From Chrysomallon squamiferum (taxonomy: Eukaryota; Animalia; Mollusca), in contig CM022666.1 of the NCBI GenBank assembly GCA_012295275.1, positions 13,950,001-14,014,000 on the forward strand: 64,000 nucleotides of DNA. Direction: 5' to 3'. The first letter of the stretch is position 1; every line of letters starts with the position of its first letter. The notes beneath the pieces were generated by a model that did no database searches, was not told the origin of the DNA, and was given only the letters and a program-made list of their open reading frames with translations. Positions 59,477 through 64,000 of the stretch are shown here, in pieces. Both the position numbers and the translations under genes were made by a program.

Positions 59477-59954
59477 TTATCATGCATTCGTACATGCGTA
59501 TGTGTGTGTGTGTATGTGTAACGTGCAGGATAATAGCTGTGGCTAAAGAACAGTATTTTGTATTAAAGAACAGTATTTTCGTCGCCTGAACCAGTGGCTG
59601 CAGCAGCATTAAACTAGCGAATTATTTTAGCGAATTAATTCATCGGATTATTTTAGTAAACGTTAATAGGCTTGCATCGTTTGACTGCAATGACAGTGAC
59701 AACTTACATTCAAAATTCAAAATATATATTTATATTTTTTGTTTGTTTTCAAATTGGGTAAACATCGTGGCTCCCTCAACTTACAGCTACGTTGGAAAGA
59801 AAATGAAAAACTCACGGATACTGCTGTCACTAACTGACACACTCACTAGACATTTGGACTAATAAATTCACGTAATATTATTAATATATTCTTCTTACTA
59901 CCTACTGCTTCATTTTAATTCGTCCACGTGATCTAACTGATAATAGTAATAACC

Positions 59955-59961
59955 TATATAA
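59955..59961 (+). promoter_or_regulatory. Candidate TATA box of the P450 gene
   Basis: TATATAA 72 nt upstream of the ATG at 60033, with CACGTG at 59925-59930. This implies that the ORF-track ATG at 59961 is upstream of the transcription start. Confidence 0.45.
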
Positions 59962-60032
59962 TGGGGCATACGTTTAACCAAGTGTATAGTTCAAGATTAG
60001 AGGGCTCAGTCAAATATTTGCACTTTGCGACA

Positions 60033-61510
60033 ATGTTTGAAGAAGTATTTTCAAACAATGTTACAACGGGACTCGTCTTCGGCGTTATTGGTCTGCTTCT
60101 GTGGGCGTCTTTTCACAGACCGAAAGGAATTCCACCCGGTCCTCTCTTCACCCTACCCGTGGTGGGAAATCTTCTTCAGATTGAAAAAAATCCTCTCATG
60201 ACATTTAAAAAAATGAGGGCAAAATATGGAGACGTTTTCAGCATGTATATTGGAAATTATCTCGTTGTCGTTATTAATGGATACGAAAATATAAAAGAAA
60301 TGTTTGTGAAGAATGGCGAGGTTTCCACAGGACGGCCGGCCAATCTTGTGAGGCGTATTCTGTCAGGAAGCAGGGGAATCATTATAGCTGACGGCCACAC
60401 CTGGAAAGAACAAAGAAAATTCGCTCAACGGGCACTAAGAACTTTCGGTACAGGACAAACCTTAGACACGAAAATTCAGGAGGAGATCAAGTTTTTCATG
60501 CAGGAGTTATACAACAGAAGAGAAAAACCAACAGACATCGGCCATCTTATTCACAACGCAGTCTCTAATATTATATGTTCAATAGTTTTTGGTAAAAGGT
60601 TCGAATACAAAGACCCCAAATTTCTGAAATTGCTGAAGGCTTTACAGGAAGATATTTGTCTGTCGTATCTGGCTGATTTCATGCCATACCTCCGATTCCT
60701 TCCAGGAGATTTGCTAAACATTAATCGAACGATATCCAACGTGGAGATGACTGCAAGGGAATTAATAATTCCTTTGGTGGAAGAACACCAGATAAACTAC
60801 GACAAGGACAACATCGACGACTTCGTCAGTGCTTATATTCAGGAAATTAAACTGAAAGAATCGACAGGAGAAAAACCTCAATGGACAGACAGAATCTCCT
60901 CTCCTCAATAGGCGACCTTTTTCTCGGAGGGACGGAAACACCTTCAACTGCAATCAGATGGCTTATTCTGTATTTTCTCTACTTCCCAGAAATCCAGGAG
61001 AAATGTTTCTCAGAAATCGAATCTGTAACAGGATGTTCTCGTCCCGTCACCCTGAAAGACAAGACACAACTTCCGTACGTCGAGGCGAACATTCTAGAAA
61101 CATTACGAGTAGCAGACATTGCGTCTTTAGCAGGCCCCCACACTGCCGCCGTCGACATGAACTTCAAAGGATACAAAATTCCCAAAGATTCAATCATTTT
61201 GCCAAACCTTGATTCTGTGCTCTCGGATCCTAAGATCTGGGGAGATCCTGAAAATTTCAGACCAGAGAGATATATTGACGAGGAAGGAAAAATTGTTAAA
61301 CCTGAAGAATACATCCCTTTTTTCGTTGGAAGAAGAAACTGCATAGGCGAGTCTATGGCCAGAATGGAACTGTTTCTGTTCATCTCGAACATGGTTCAGA
61401 AATTTAAATTCGTAAAAGTAGACGGGGACACTTTGCCTTCGCTTGAAGGAGAGTTTGGTCTGACGCATTTTCCTAAATCTTATGAACTTCGAATTATTCC
61501 AAGAGATTAA
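60033..61510 (+). CDS. Intronless cytochrome P450, clan 2 (CYP2-like), one frameshift at about 60871-60875
   Basis: N-terminal membrane anchor, PPGP hinge, WKEQR, GGTET I-helix, ETLR, PERY and the heme motif FFVGRRNCIG. ORFs 59961-60911 and 60881-61510 join into one ~492-aa protein (..STGEKTSMDRQNLLSSIGDLF..) if the A5 run is A6. Confidence 0.9.
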
Positions 61511-62029
61511 CTATAGCAAAAAAATCTCAGAATGTATTGGTGGTGGTATTGTGTTTTTGTGCAGAAGAAAAGTAGAAAACAACAACAACGTCAAAACATA
61601 TTTAAACTAAACAATTTAAAAGATGCTGAATGCTTAGAGATGGTTTATTTTCAAGAACAGAAGATATGTGAAGATCGTGGCAGAAGTAGAAAAAGAACCT
61701 GACGTCGCCAACGACGACCGTGTTGTTGCAACGCTAATTCAAAAGTAACGGCTGTATTAGCAACAAATGAGAAAAAAGAAAGAAAAACAACAACAACAAC
61801 AACAACAACAAAATTATTTTTTTTTTTTTTTTTTTTTACAAGAAAACAAAAACAATTGTTACATATTTGTTTATTTCTTTATGACTTCTACGTGTTTAAC
61901 TGTGGACAGGTTTTCATGTTCATGCAGGTAACCCATGGTTTCGACATGGTGATGGTGTGTATACGTAAATAATAACACATTACTCATTTAATAAAAAAAA
62001 GAAAATCAGTCGGGTTCAATTTTAATATT

Positions 62030-62945
62030 AAGGTTAGACTAGTGTTAGCCGTAGATGGTTATAATTAAAGTTATTGTTAACTTAAAGTTTTGGTTAATTA
62101 TAAGGTTATGGTTATGGTTACGGTTACGATTCGGATGAGGGCAAGAAATAGAGTCACGGTTAGAAGGTTAAGTTTAGGATTAGTGGTTGCGTCTAAGTTT
62201 AGAGTTAGTGTTAGAGATAAGGTTAGGGTTCATATTGGTATTGAGGTTAGAATTAGGGTTTGTGGCTAAATTTTGGTTTATATTGAGGGTTAGAGTTTAT
62301 ATTAGGTTAGCTTAAGATTAGGATTAGAGAGTAAATTTTAAAGTTAGTATTCATTTATGATTAAGGTTTAGAGCTAGATATCCTTTACTTTCGTTTTGAG
62401 GTTTATTAGAGTTAGAGTTAGAGATAAGATTAGAGTTAGGGGCTAGAGTTAATGTTTAAGTTAGTGTTAGAGTTAAGGTTTGAGTTACTGTTAGAGTTAA
62501 GGTTAGAGTTAGGGGCTAGAGTTAGGGGCTAGAGTTAATGTTTAAGTTAGTGTTAGAGATAAGATTAGAGTTACAGAGTTAATGTTTAAGTTAGTGTTAG
62601 AGTTAAGGTTTGAGTTAGATAGAGTTAAGGTTAGAGTTAGAGTCTAGAGTTAATGTTAGGTTTATCCTAAATGTTGGGGTTAGGGTTATGGTTAGATTAG
62701 GAGTTAATTTTAGTGCTGAGATTATATTTGGTGTTTGAGGCTAGGTTTAGGTTCCTGTTTATGGTTAGGTTTATACTTGGTGCTAGGGTTAGTATTAGTT
62801 TTATTAGTGGAGGTAATGTTACGGTTTGGGTCTAAGAATATTGTTAGGGACAGAATTAGGTTGGAGTTAACACTGAGGTTACTGTTAGAGTCGTATAACA
62901 GTTAAGATTAGAGTTTGGACCTAAGTTAGCTTTATATTTAGGACT
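62030..62945 (+). repeat. Degenerate telomere-like (TTAGGG/TTAGAG/GGTTAG)n hexamer array
   Basis: 6-nt periodic G/T-rich tract with scattered perfect TTAGGG and internally duplicated blocks (agagttaatgtttaagttagtgttagag three times). Confidence 0.75.
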
Positions 62946-63631
62946 ATTTTGAAAACTACTACTACTACTACTAATACTAAAGAATTAAGAATATGAAAAT
63001 TCATGATCACTAACGTTTTCGTTCAACATAATTATAGGCATGAATGACATTCTTCAGTGTAATACATTTAAAAGAAATACGTTGGAAAATAAAACAGATT
63101 TCTCGACTGAAAAGTTTCTTTTGCTCTTTCCCTTAATAAATCCTTTTTTTTTTTATAGAAACAGGTCATAGAAATTGTTTTATAGAACAAGATATTATAT
63201 TTTCTCCTGCTACTACTATTACTATTGTAATGGTTATTGTTAATGTCATTATTACTGCTACTACTACTGTTGTTGTTGTTTATGGTCTATATTTCTTTAT
63301 TTAATGTTTATTTTATGCAAAAATAAACAATTTCAGTCTAAAAGATAATTATTATTATTTTTTTGTTTTTATTTATTTAACTGAATGGCAATATTAGCGG
63401 TCAGTCGGCTGTTATAAATTTGTTAGTTCAATATACCTTGTAGATTTGTCAATAAATACTTGGTTTGGAAATATAACGTTTCTTTTTTCTTTTTCTTTTT
63501 TTATTATTCCTAGTTGTTTTTTTCTTCTTCACCGCTTCTTCTTCTTCTTCTTCTTCTTCTTCTTCTTCTTCTTCTAATTTATTTATTTATTTTTATTATT
63601 TATTTTTTAATTGTTTATTATTGTCTTCATT

Positions 63632-63687
<56 letters not shown>

Positions 63688-64000
63688 TGTGTACGTATAT
63701 ACGGATATCCTTATCTGAATACATACCAATATACACAGACATACATACATACATGGACAGTAAGTATAGATATATTATCACAAATTATATCACAGCATAT
63801 TGATAACGATAATGAATCTGGATTGCTAATCGTCAGTCAATATTCTTATTTACCTTTCTGTGTTCCAATCCACCAGAATTCATTTTATTTTACATTTGAG
63901 AGTTCCGATCCACCAGTGGTCAGTATATTTTGTATTATTTCTTAATTATAATGAGTGTCGATAAATTTATATTGTTAAAATAAAATAAATAAAAAATAAC

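Noticed and set aside
59961-60032. 24-aa N-terminal extension of the P450 from the ATG at 59961
   Set aside because: That ATG overlaps the candidate TATA box, and the membrane anchor starts naturally after the Met at 60033.

Overview
AT-rich, microsatellite-dense, intron-containing animal genomic DNA. Repeat families and gene style suggest a mollusc, probably a gastropod (inference). Five protein-coding genes can be built by hand from GT-AG splice sites with consistent phases: (1) the 3' part of TTC14 (+, 225-6030), ending in a very long Ser/Arg/Lys-rich exon; (2) an unnamed 147-aa secreted and probably GPI-anchored protein with two inhibitor-cystine-knot (conotoxin-framework-like) modules flanking a 4-Cys module (+, 31668-40635), whose signal-peptide exon is invisible in the ORF track; (3) LRRC63 (-, 52557-44267); (4) AGMAT/guanidino-acid hydrolase (+, 53905-58208), head-to-head with LRRC63 across a <200 bp promoter with X-box, YY1 and ETS motifs; (5) an intronless clan-2 cytochrome P450 (+, 60033-61510). 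TTC14, LRRC63 and the P450 each carry a single frameshift, two of them at A5 runs, so these are most likely assembly indel errors. The rest is a ~24 kb gene-poor CpG-retaining region, minisatellites, MITE/SINE remnants and a degenerate telomere-like array. Almost all other ORFs in the supplied track are microsatellite artefacts. No prokaryotic-type systems (CRISPR, rRNA, intact tRNA) were seen. The most novel item is the membrane-tethered multi-knottin gene.
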